Shown here one piece after another: positions 1 to 8,557 of a stretch of DNA of 8,557 nt (position 1 is its first letter; each line of letters opens with the position of its first letter). Position numbers and translations under genes: made by a program. The stretch comes from Halalkalibacterium halodurans (GTDB taxonomy: Bacteria > Bacillota > Bacilli > Bacillales > Bacillaceae_D): positions 1 to 8,557 of the forward strand of contig NZ_SNUY01000102.1 in assembly GCF_004376175.1 (NCBI RefSeq). Reading direction: 5' to 3'. Under the pieces are notes generated by a model. The model searched no databases. It was not told where the DNA came from and saw only the letters and a program-made list of their open reading frames with translations.

Positions 1-107
1 AATTCTGTAGGTATGCCCGAAAACAAGATTATTGTAATATTTTGTAAAATAACATGCTGGTAGCTATTTGTCGAGTGCTTTATTTTTTATACTTTTATCC
101 CAAAAAT

Positions 108-503
108 CTAATTTTGCAAAATGCTCAGATAAAATAACGGGAAGGTGCATGCAGTAAACAGTAAAAATAATCCACCACCAATCGCAATATCAGATAAAGC
201 AAAAGGTTTATTGAAAATAAATAATGCTAGACTTGTCACTCCAATGGCTAACAGCATATACATGACAGCGCCAAGATATCGTGATGCAATAATTTCCTTA
301 CGAGTGTAAGGTAAGGAATTGAGCAATATATTGGTCTCTGCCTTTTCATCGTAAGCATAAGCATTAAAGGGAATAAAAATACTGGCAACGAGAAAGATTA
401 GCGCTGGATGTGAGTCCATAAAGATAAAGAATCCGATAAAAGGAATGAACGTTAGCAGCATCTTTTTCTGAAGTATGATATCTCGTCTGATTAAATTAAA
501 CAT
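108..503 (-). CDS. Small integral membrane protein, likely the ABC-2-type membrane partner of the upstream ATPase (131 aa, about 4 predicted TM segments)
   Basis: ORF with ATG at 503..501 and TAG at 110..108. The start overlaps the ATPase stop by 8 nt (ATGTTTAA), which indicates co-translation. Hydrophobic stretches are MLLTFIPFIGFFIFM, PALIFLVASIFIPF, YLGAVMYMLLAIGVTSLALFIF and IAIGGGLFLLFTACTFPLFYLSI. The N-terminal MFNLIRRDIILQKK and the loop LNSLPYTRKEIIASRYL resemble, from memory, the short ABC-2 permeases found next to GntR/ABC pairs. The family assignment is recalled, not searched. Confidence 0.7.
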   Translation of the reverse strand: MFNLIRRDIILQKKMLLTFIPFIGFFIFMDSHPALIFLVASIFIPFNAYAYDEKAETNILLNSLPYTRKEIIASRYLGAVMYMLLAIGVTSLALFIFNKPFALSDIAIGGGLFLLFTACTFPLFYLSILQN

Positions 504-1362
504 AATGTACGCCTCCTTTCATGTAATACATAATATCTTCCAGAGTTGCTCGTTCAATGATAACGGTGTCTCCAAATATATTTTTCACAACTGATAAGTT
601 ATTCGTTAAAGCTTCAAATCCAGTTGATGCGCGCCGAACATGAACAAAGGCTTTTTCAGTGTCTTTATCCAAAAGATCCAATCCTCCTTTTACGAGCGCA
701 TAATTTTCATCTATGTCGTGAATGGACTGGTTAAAAACTAAATTTCCCCCCTGCATAAAAGCGATATAGTCTGCGATACGATCTAAATCTGTTGTAATAT
801 GCGTAGAAAAGAAAATGGTACGATCATTATCAATCATTAATTCCTGTAGAATATCCAACAGTTCTCGTCTAAAAATGGGGTCTAGCCCTGCTGTTGGCTC
901 ATCCATGATGATCAACTCTGCATGATGTGATAATGCGATTGCCAATGATGCCTTCATTTGCATTCCTTTTGAAAATGTTTTTATTGCCTTATTAAGTGGC
1001 AATTCGAATTTATCCACATATTGATAAAACAATGTATCATCCCACCGTTTGTACGCTGGTCCAACAATATGCTTGATATCTATTAAGTTTAGTCCTTCAA
1101 AAAATACATTACCATCGTATACAAATCCAATGCGCTCCTTGATCGCCTTCTCATGTGTCGTGTAGTCCATTCCGAAAAGCTTAACCTCTCCGTCATCTGG
1201 TTTTAGTAGATTCATCATCATTTTTATCGTTGTCGACTTCCCTGCCCCATTTGCGCCAATGAATCCCGTAACAAACCCTTTTTTCACTTGTAAATCCATC
1301 TTATTAATTGAAAAATCTTTGAATGTTTTTGTGACATTAATTAATTCCACTATATTTTCCAT
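496..1362 (-). CDS. ABC transporter ATP-binding protein (288 aa) with a C-terminal extension beyond the core NBD
   Basis: Walker A is GANGAGKST. The signature-like motif is FSKGMQMKASLA, a degenerate LSGGQ of the kind seen in ABC-2/DrrA-like ATPases. Walker B is LIIMDEPTAGLD and the H-loop is FFSTH. About 70 aa follow the H-loop. ATG is at 1362..1360, preceded by GAGGAG 9 nt upstream, which overlaps the last codons and stop of the GntR gene. Confidence 0.93.
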   Translation of the reverse strand: MENIVELINVTKTFKDFSINKMDLQVKKGFVTGFIGANGAGKSTTIKMMMNLLKPDDGEVKLFGMDYTTHEKAIKERIGFVYDGNVFFEGLNLIDIKHIVGPAYKRWDDTLFYQYVDKFELPLNKAIKTFSKGMQMKASLAIALSHHAELIIMDEPTAGLDPIFRRELLDILQELMIDNDRTIFFSTHITTDLDRIADYIAFMQGGNLVFNQSIHDIDENYALVKGGLDLLDKDTEKAFVHVRRASTGFEALTNNLSVVKNIFGDTVIIERATLEDIMYYMKGGVHYV

Positions 1363-1368
1363 TCGGTT

Positions 1369-1740
1369 TCACTCCTCATATAAAATTTTCAATAATTGCT
1401 GCAAGTCATCGAGTGATAGCCCGATTTCTTTGCTATTCATTATGACCGCACTCAATTGCTCCTCAATGGCCTTCAGTTTCTTCTCCCTCATGACCTCTAA
1501 ATTTTGCTCAGCAACGAAAGAACCCTTTCCAACGATCGAATAGATAAAGCCCGCCTTCTCCAATTCCTCGTAGGCACGTTTCGTCGTAATGACGCTCACT
1601 TGCAAATCCTTTGCGAGCTTACGCATGGAAGGTATCGCCGCCCCCTCTTTTAGTTCACCTGATAAAATAGACGCTTTAATCTGATTCGTAATTTGCTCAT
1701 AAATCGGCTCCTTTGAACTGTTGGAAATAATGATTTTCAT
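1369..1740 (-). CDS. GntR-family transcriptional regulator, YtrA-like subfamily (123 aa)
   Basis: The N-terminal winged-HTH is typical of GntR (PSMRKLAKDLQVSVITTKRAYEELEKAGFIYSIVGKGSFV). The C-terminal region is only about 50 aa and helical, which is the hallmark of the YtrA subfamily. It is the first gene of an operon with an ABC ATPase, the usual YtrA-type context. ATG is at 1740..1738 with SD AGAGGGA upstream, and TGA is at 1371..1369. Confidence 0.9.
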   Translation of the reverse strand: MKIIISNSSKEPIYEQITNQIKASILSGELKEGAAIPSMRKLAKDLQVSVITTKRAYEELEKAGFIYSIVGKGSFVAEQNLEVMREKKLKAIEEQLSAVIMNSKEIGLSLDDLQQLLKILYEE

Positions 1741-1860
1741 TTAAATCCCTCTTCTATGGTTTTTAAAAACAAACGAACGTCATGTATGACTGCTTAAGAA
1801 AAGTGCTATCAACGGCTGTAACGATCAATTTGTCATATCATCTTACGTTTTTTCATCATT

Positions 1861-1895
1861 TATATAATGTATATATACTATATATACATTATATA
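1861..1895. promoter_or_regulatory. Perfect 35-bp palindrome (17-nt arms, 1-nt centre), putative operator of the GntR/YtrA regulator
   Basis: TATATAATGTATATATA-C-TATATATACATTATATA. I checked every position 1861-1877 base by base against 1895-1879, and the pairing breaks at 1860/1896. It contains a GT-(AT)n-AC core (GTATATATAC), as in many GntR operators, and it overlaps the predicted -10 of the operon promoter. Confidence 0.5.
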
Positions 1896-1916
1896 CACAC
1901 ACAAAGCATCTTTCAA
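1888..1916 (-). promoter_or_regulatory. Sigma-A-type promoter candidate for the gntR-ABC operon
   Basis: On the minus strand, -35 TTGAAA lies at 1916..1911, followed by a 17-nt spacer (1910..1894) and -10 TATAAT at 1893..1888. This implies a leader of about 140 nt to the ATG at 1740. I found no better hexamer pair closer to the gene. Confidence 0.5.
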
Positions 1917-1934
1917 CCGTTTGTTTCGAAATGA

Positions 1935-1948
1935 AAGGAAATTTCCTT
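1935..1948. repeat. Perfect 14-bp palindrome AAGGAAATTTCCTT upstream of the gntR-ABC promoter, function unknown
   Basis: The sequence is self-complementary over 1935..1948. It lies about 20-30 bp upstream of the -35 hexamer and downstream of the camS terminator. Confidence 0.6.
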
Positions 1949-1985
1949 ATCTTCACTGTTTTTATCCACGCATACACGAGCATAT

Positions 1986-2020
1986 GAAAAACCCGAACGA
2001 GTTTGTGTCCTCGCTCGGGT
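1986..2020 (-). terminator. Rho-independent terminator of the pcrB-pcrA-ligA-camS transcription unit
   Basis: The minus-strand RNA is ACCCGAGCGAG-gacacaaa-CUCGUUCGGGU followed by UUUUCAUAU. The stem is 11 bp and GC-rich with one G-U pair, and the loop is 8 nt. It starts 14 nt after the camS stop codon (2037..2035). Confidence 0.8.
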
Positions 2021-2034
2021 TCAACGTTCAGTTA

Positions 2035-3219
2035 TTACCGAAAAATATGAATAAACGGTTCTTCATTCGGTTGGCGCACCACAATCGCTTCTTGTTTTTC
2101 TCCCACCGAGTTAATGTACACTTGGACTTTGATGTTCTTAGGGAAGCGCTGCTCGATCCGATCAGCGATAAACTGAGAAAGCGCGACGATTTCCGTTTTT
2201 CCTTGGTAACGAATCGGCACGTCGATCGTTAATTCCTGTAAGCTATTGTCACGGTAATACCCCTTCCCCACAATCCCTACATAGGATTCAAAAAACCCTT
2301 GGACTTCTTCTCGGAAGCGCAAAAAGTTATCTGAATCATTTCTAGCGTTATTGTTGGCATCATCGGACGGAAACAAATAATAGCGTTCATTGATCGATTG
2401 GAGTCCGGATAATTCTTTATCAGGCTCCGCTACCGCGGTCGCGACAAAATTACCCGGAATAACCGAGTCTCGTGGCTGTTCTCTAAAGAGCGCAATGACG
2501 ATCGGAATATCGTTAAAGCTCCCATCCTCCCTTTCTTGAGAGCGTAAGCGATTCACAACCTCTTGCGCGATCTTCTCTCCTTCTTCTAGCATTTTATTTT
2601 CTGATATATCTGTCTCATAAAAGTTGTAGCGTCCTTGGTCGTCTTCAACGCGAAAATTGTAGACACTGTTCATCGAAAGTCCGATCACAATCCCACCGAG
2701 CTTGTACTCGCCATTGTCTTCTACTAAATAGTTATGCTCTAAAATATGAGAGAGGTAGCGAGGCTGATCTTCTTCACGTTCTCGCATGTTATCCCCTTTT
2801 CCTAGAGGAGGGTTGAGTCCGTTCGGATTATCATCACTTTCCCTCATAAGCCAGCTGTTCAACTCATCTCGTAAGATAAATTGACCTTCTCTGAAAAAAT
2901 AAGTCTCAGGATCAAAATGCTCTTTCGCTATTTCTGTCAAACCTAGCTCCAACTGATCTAAGTCTGCACGATTGTAAACAACCGCACTCCCAAATCCACG
3001 CGTTCTTCCATGAATATAAGTCCCATCATAAAGAACACTTGAATAAAAGTTTTCGGCCGTTGACGCTTGAGGTACAACGCCTACTTCCTGCTCTTGTGGA
3101 TCGCCTTCTTCTCCCATGTCCACTACATTGTCTTCTGTATCTTGCACAAAAGGAAAACACCCGGACAAGAAGAGAACACTCGCCATCAGACCAATGCCCA
3201 TCTTTTTGAGCATATTCAC
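2035..3219 (-). CDS. camS: CamS/YerH-family lipoprotein (sex pheromone cAM373 precursor family), 394 aa
   Basis: The lipoprotein signal peptide MNMLKKMGIGLMASVLFLSG|C has an LSGC lipobox, followed by an acidic linker (DTEDNVVDMGEEGDPQEQE). The position immediately downstream of ligA matches yerH in B. subtilis and camS in S. aureus, and the length matches YerH (about 396 aa). The ORF-track start at 3219..3217 is GTG, 5 nt after AGGAGG. An ATG at 3213..3211 is the alternative start. Confidence 0.85.
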   Translation of the reverse strand: MNMLKKMGIGLMASVLFLSGCFPFVQDTEDNVVDMGEEGDPQEQEVGVVPQASTAENFYSSVLYDGTYIHGRTRGFGSAVVYNRADLDQLELGLTEIAKEHFDPETYFFREGQFILRDELNSWLMRESDDNPNGLNPPLGKGDNMREREEDQPRYLSHILEHNYLVEDNGEYKLGGIVIGLSMNSVYNFRVEDDQGRYNFYETDISENKMLEEGEKIAQEVVNRLRSQEREDGSFNDIPIVIALFREQPRDSVIPGNFVATAVAEPDKELSGLQSINERYYLFPSDDANNNARNDSDNFLRFREEVQGFFESYVGIVGKGYYRDNSLQELTIDVPIRYQGKTEIVALSQFIADRIEQRFPKNIKVQVYINSVGEKQEAIVVRQPNEEPFIHIFR

Positions 3220-3249
3220 TCACTCCTCCTACCAACTTCTCCTGTGCGC

Positions 3250-5274
<2,025 letters not shown>

Positions 5275-7497
5275 TTACGCTTTCGTAATCGGTGCAAACT
5301 TTGCAAATAGTCGTTTGATGCCGGTCGGCGGTGGGAATGCAATGTCAAGCTCCAGGGAGTCGCCTTCCCCCTTCATGCTTACGACCGTGCCAATTCCCCA
5401 CTTTTTATGCTCCGCTTTGTCCCCAACGGTCCATGCAAATTGTTCGCCTCCCGTCGTTGTCATTTGCGGCACAGAACGAGATGGTTGTTTCGCTTTTGTC
5501 ACCGGTCGTGATGTCTTCATCCACGGAAGTTCTTCTTGCGGTTCATTCAAAAATTCGAGGCAATCTTCTGGAATTTCGTCGATAAAACGGGACGGCGGGT
5601 TGGCATTTGTTCGTCCGTAAATCGTTCGCAGCTGGGCACTGGTTAGATAAAGCTGCTTTTCGGCACGAGTAATCCCAACATAGGCTAAACGACGCTCCTC
5701 CTCCATTTCATCATCTTCAAAAAGAGAACGGCTATGTGGAAAAATGCCTTCCTCCAGTCCGATTAAAAAGACGATCGGAAATTCGAGTCCTTTGGCTGAA
5801 TGGAGGGTCATGAGCACAACAGCATCGGTTGGCTTGACGCCATCGTCCTCATCATCAAGCTTATCGATGTCCGAAATGAGTGCTAAATCGGTTAAAAAGG
5901 CAATGAGCGATTTATCGTCACTCGATTTTTCAAACTCTTGGGTTACGGACAAAAATTCATCAATGTTCTCAAGTCGGCTTTGGGCTTCGAGTGTTTTTTC
6001 GTTTTGCAACATGTCGCGATAGCCTGTCCGCTCAAGCAGCTCCTCCACTAGTTCAGTGACTGACAAATATTCTTGCATTTGCACCCAATGACCAAGCTGC
6101 TCAGTAAACTCAACTAATTTGCTTACCGCACGGGAGGTGACACCGATTTGCTCAATCTCCTTTAGAGCGGCAAACATCGAGATCCCTTGTTGCTCCGCAT
6201 AAGCAGCAATTTTATCAACAGTCGTCGCTCCGATTCCCCGCTTCGGAACATTGATGATGCGCTGCAAGCTAATGTCGTCATCAGGGTTAGCCACGAGACG
6301 TAAATACGCGAGCACATCCTTAATTTCTTTTCGATCGTAGAACTTAGTCCCGCCGACAATATTGTAGTCAATGTTCGATTTAATGAGCATTTCCTCCATG
6401 ACACGGGACTGAGCATTTGTTCGGTAAAGGATGGCAATGTCTTTATAAGAGGCACCATCCTGAATCGCTTCACGAATTTTTTCTACGACAAACTGGGCTT
6501 CTCCTTGCTCCGTATCAGCTTTATAGAAGCCAATCTTCGTTCCTTGCTCATTTTCCGTCCAGAGGTTTTTCGGCTTCCGCTTCACATTGTTTTCGATGAC
6601 GCGGTTGGCTGCTTCTAAGATTGTCTTCGTGGAACGGTAGTTTTGTTCGAGTAAAATGACCTCTGCGTCTTGGTAATCCTCTTCAAATGAAAGAATGTTG
6701 GCGATATCGGCCCCGCGCCATTTATAGATCGACTGATCCGAATCCCCGACAACACACACATTTTTATGGCGATCCCCAAGCATCTTCACGAGCATATATT
6801 GGGCTCGGTTTGTATCTTGGTACTCATCCACTAGAATATACTGAAACTTCCGCTGGTAGTACTCAAGTACCTCTGGAACTTTTTTGAAGAGACTAGTTGT
6901 CTTCATGATGAGGTCGTCAAAATCGAGCGCTTGGTTTTTCTTTAGTTGCTTTTGGTACTCGACATATACTTCTGCTGCCGTTTCCTCATAAGGTCCTTTT
7001 GCAATGCCCATAAATTGTTCAGGTGTCTTCAATTCATTTTTAGCGCCGCTGATCGTACCTAAAATGCTACGTGGTTCAAATTTCTTCGAATCGATGTTGT
7101 TGTTTTTTAAAATTTGCTTGATCACTGACAATTGATCAGTGGAATCTAAAATCGTAAAGTTACGACTATAGCCGATCCGATCGATGTCGCGGCGTAGGAT
7201 GCGAACGCACATAGAGTGGAATGTGGAGATCCAAATATCATCTGCGATCGGTCCAACAAGCTGAGCGACCCGGTCTTTCATCTCCCGAGCCGCTTTATTT
7301 GTAAACGTAATCGCTAATACGTTCCACGGGGCAACCCCTTTTTCACGTAATAAATAGGCAATCCGGTGCGTTAGTACTCTTGTCTTTCCACTTCCGGCTC
7401 CTGCCATTAGTAGCAGGGGCCCTTCTGTATGTTTCACCGCTTCTCGTTGTCTGTCATTCAATCCTGCCAACATTTTTTCTATAATTTTCCGTTGCAC
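5275..7497 (-). CDS. pcrA: ATP-dependent DNA helicase PcrA (UvrD/Rep superfamily 1A), about 740 aa
   Basis: Motif I is AGAGSGKT, motif II is VDEYQDTN and motif III is [14 protein letters not shown]. Motif VI is [15 protein letters not shown]-terminal Tudor-like tail follows ([30 protein letters not shown]). The maximal ORF begins at a GTG at 7518 (747 aa) but has no SD. I place the start at the in-frame GTG at 7497..7495, which follows GGTGGTG (one mismatch to GGAGGTG) and gives an N-terminus of the usual length before the LxGLN...EAV motif. The stop is TAA at 5277..5275. Confidence 0.96.
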   Translation of the reverse strand: MQRKIIEKMLAGLNDRQREAVKHTEGPLLLMAGAGSGKTRVLTHRIAYLLREKGVAPWNVLAITFTNKAAREMKDRVAQLVGPIADDIWISTFHSMCVRILRRDIDRIGYSRNFTILDSTDQLSVIKQILKNNNIDSKKFEPRSILGTISGAKNELKTPEQFMGIAKGPYEETAAEVYVEYQKQLKKNQALDFDDLIMKTTSLFKKVPEVLEYYQRKFQYILVDEYQDTNRAQYMLVKMLGDRHKNVCVVGDSDQSIYKWRGADIANILSFEEDYQDAEVILLEQNYRSTKTILEAANRVIENNVKRKPKNLWTENEQGTKIGFYKADTEQGEAQFVVEKIREAIQDGASYKDIAILYRTNAQSRVMEEMLIKSNIDYNIVGGTKFYDRKEIKDVLAYLRLVANPDDDISLQRIINVPKRGIGATTVDKIAAYAEQQGISMFAALKEIEQIGVTSRAVSKLVEFTEQLGHWVQMQEYLSVTELVEELLERTGYRDMLQNEKTLEAQSRLENIDEFLSVTQEFEKSSDDKSLIAFLTDLALISDIDKLDDEDDGVKPTDAVVLMTLHSAKGLEFPIVFLIGLEEGIFPHSRSLFEDDEMEEERRLAYVGITRAEKQLYLTSAQLRTIYGRTNANPPSRFIDEIPEDCLEFLNEPQEELPWMKTSRPVTKAKQPSRSVPQMTTTGGEQFAWTVGDKAEHKKWGIGTVVSMKGEGDSLELDIAFPPPTGIKRLFAKFAPITKA

Positions 7498-7561
7498 GTT
7501 CGTAACACCACCAAACACTTGTTCTTATTTCTATTGTACGGCTTTTCACCTTAAGTTTCCA

Positions 7562-8251
7562 TTACTTTTTTACAGCGGCGATCGTTGCAAGCGCTGCTTG
7601 AACATCATCGTAAATCACGTTGCCAACAACGACTGTGTCCGCAAATGGTGCCATTTGTTCTGCTTGCTCTACAGTGCGAATACCGCCACCATAAAACAAC
7701 TTCGTTTTCGTCAGAACTTGACTCACCTCCTCTACAAGCTGAGGATCACCAAACGTTCCGCTGTATTCGAGGTAGAAGACCGGAAATTGATACATATTTT
7801 CCACCATGCGGGCATAAGCGACAACATCTTCATTCGCAAGGTCCGTTTTCGCACTCGTTAATGTTGCCGCTTTTGAGTCAGGATTCATAATACAATAGCC
7901 TTCCATGACGATTTCGTCCCAGTTCATGATCGGTCCAAACTCTTTTACCGCTTCATGATGTAAACCGGATATCCATTTGACCTCCCCACTGTTAACGACA
8001 GAAGGGATAAAATAATGGTCAAACCCTGGTGTAATCGATTCTAAATTCGATACCTCTAACGCACATGAGACTGAAAAACGCCTAATGCGGGCAAGTAATT
8101 GCAACGTATTATCTAATGTCACGCCATCGGAGCCTCCGACTAAAATCCCGTCGGTCCCCGATTCACAGATCGCTTCTAAATCATCATCGTTAAGCTCTTT
8201 GTTCGGGTCTAATTTAAACACATGCCGCCACTCTTGAAACTCCAGCATCAT
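7562..8251 (-). CDS. pcrB: Heptaprenylglyceryl phosphate synthase PcrB (GGGPS family), 229 aa
   Basis: The N-terminus [11 protein letters not shown]...[17 protein letters not shown] and the C-terminal FYGGGIR...VVVGN phosphate-binding motifs are typical of PcrB. It lies directly upstream of pcrA, as in Bacillales generally. ATG is at 8251..8249, 7 nt after AGGAGA. Confidence 0.95.
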
Positions 8252-8301
8252 TAATTCATCTCCTACTTCATTCGGACAATTCGAACATAATTCTGATCGT
8301 C

Positions 8302-8330
8302 ATTATATCAAAGAAACCGGCCCTTGTCTT
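8302..8330 (-). promoter_or_regulatory. Promoter candidate for pcrB-pcrA-ligA-camS (extended -10)
   Basis: On the minus strand, TGaTATAAT places -10 at 8307..8302 and the extended TG at 8310..8309. A 17-nt spacer separates it from a weak -35 AAGACA (8330..8325). This implies a leader of about 45 nt to the pcrB ATG. Confidence 0.45.
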
Positions 8331-8339
8331 TGGACCGGT
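8308..8339 (-). terminator. Candidate rho-independent terminator for the gene upstream of pcrB
   Basis: The minus-strand RNA is ACCGGUCC-aaagacaa-GGGCCGGU followed by UUCUUUGAU. The stem is 8 bp with one U-G pair. It overlaps the -35/spacer region of the pcrB promoter candidate. Confidence 0.5.
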
Positions 8340-8445
8340 AAGAATGGATTGTGTCAACCTTTTGTGGGAGGAGTATTTTCCATCCTCATGAGTGTAAGCG
8401 AATTTATGAATTTATGGTTCTCCTCTGTCTAGAATCTTATGGTTT

Positions 8446-8557
8446 TTAAAAGCCTTTCAAGTCTTTCAGTGCTCGATACACTGGAATATTCGCTCTTTGT
8501 TTGAGATACATGACGTTGTTACGTGTCGCTTCGCCAATTGTACTTTCTACCTTCTCC
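8446..8557 (-). CDS. Possible 3' end of an unidentified CDS, truncated by the window edge
   Basis: The minus-strand frame is open from the window edge for 36 codons (...EKVESTIGEATRNNVMYLKQRANIPVYRALKDLKGF) to TAA at 8448..8446. It is too short to identify and could be open by chance. Confidence 0.3.
   Translation of the reverse strand, partial: EKVESTIGEATRNNVMYLKQRANIPVYRALKDLKGF

Noticed and set aside
1-107. The region downstream of the membrane-protein gene, inspected for a terminator or a convergent gene end. Plus-strand frame 1 is open for 20 codons to TAG at 61-63.
   Set aside because: I found only weak AT-only hairpins and no GC-rich stem with a U-tract. Twenty codons at a window edge cannot support a CDS call.
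1259-1543. A plus-strand 94-aa ORF spanning the ATPase/GntR junction.
   Set aside because: It is antisense to two well-supported, coupled genes, and it has no SD.
1779-1790. A small inverted repeat GTCAT-GT-ATGAC in the gntR leader, considered as a second GntR-type operator.
   Set aside because: Its 5-nt arms are expected by chance at this scale, and its sequence is unrelated to the 35-bp palindrome. I kept it only as a note.
1895-1903. A short (AC)n / (TG)n run in the spacer of the gntR-ABC promoter, considered as a possible slipped-strand phase-variation tract altering -35/-10 spacing.
   Set aside because: It has only about 4-5 repeat units, well below lengths usually associated with appreciable slippage. 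There is no supporting evidence.
1867-2232. A plus-strand 121-aa ORF beginning MYIYYIYIIYTHK.
   Set aside because: It starts inside the TA-rich palindrome and has no SD. Its N-terminus is a low-complexity translation of (TA)n. It runs through the camS terminator and antisense into the camS 3' end. It is a spurious ORF.
5275-7518. A helicase (PcrA) next to a ligase (LigA) could be read as a nucleic-acid-targeting defence or repair island.
   Set aside because: Both proteins have canonical housekeeping lengths and motifs. They sit in the pcrB-pcrA-ligA-camS order that is conserved across Bacillales. Nothing about them is accessory.
8341-8445. Several small elements in the 3' UTR upstream of pcrB: SD-like GAGGAG/GGGAGGAG motifs, a tandem 8-mer (GAATTTAT x2 at 8399-8414), a TTGACA hexamer (8357..8352, minus strand) and mini-ORFs of 11-14 codons.
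   Set aside because: No start codon lies at a workable distance from the SD-like motifs. TTGACA has no -10 partner at 16-18 nt. The GAGGA/TCCTC pairings are only 5-6 bp. There is not enough to call a small gene, riboswitch or attenuator.

Overview
All supportable genes in this window are on the minus strand, and it looks like a Bacillales/Bacillaceae chromosome. Most of it (2035-8251) is the conserved housekeeping cluster pcrB -> pcrA -> ligA -> camS/yerH. These four genes are tightly spaced, with a promoter candidate upstream of pcrB and a strong rho-independent terminator after camS. All four proteins have canonical lengths and motifs, and I see no disruption, insertion, mobile element, CRISPR array or RNA gene. 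I would not call this part novel. Downstream (108-1916) is a separate three-gene unit: a YtrA-type GntR regulator, an ABC ATPase and a very small 4-TM membrane protein. It has noticeably lower G+C in the 60-nt lines I hand-counted, is translationally coupled, and sits behind a sigma-A-like promoter embedded in a perfect 35-bp palindrome (17+1+17). That palindrome is the best candidate for an autoregulatory operator. This module of unknown substrate is the only accessory-looking part of the window and the source of my higher-ranked findings. I found no convincing evidence of an undescribed multi-gene system. The remaining plus-strand ORFs in the track are antisense shadows of the real genes.
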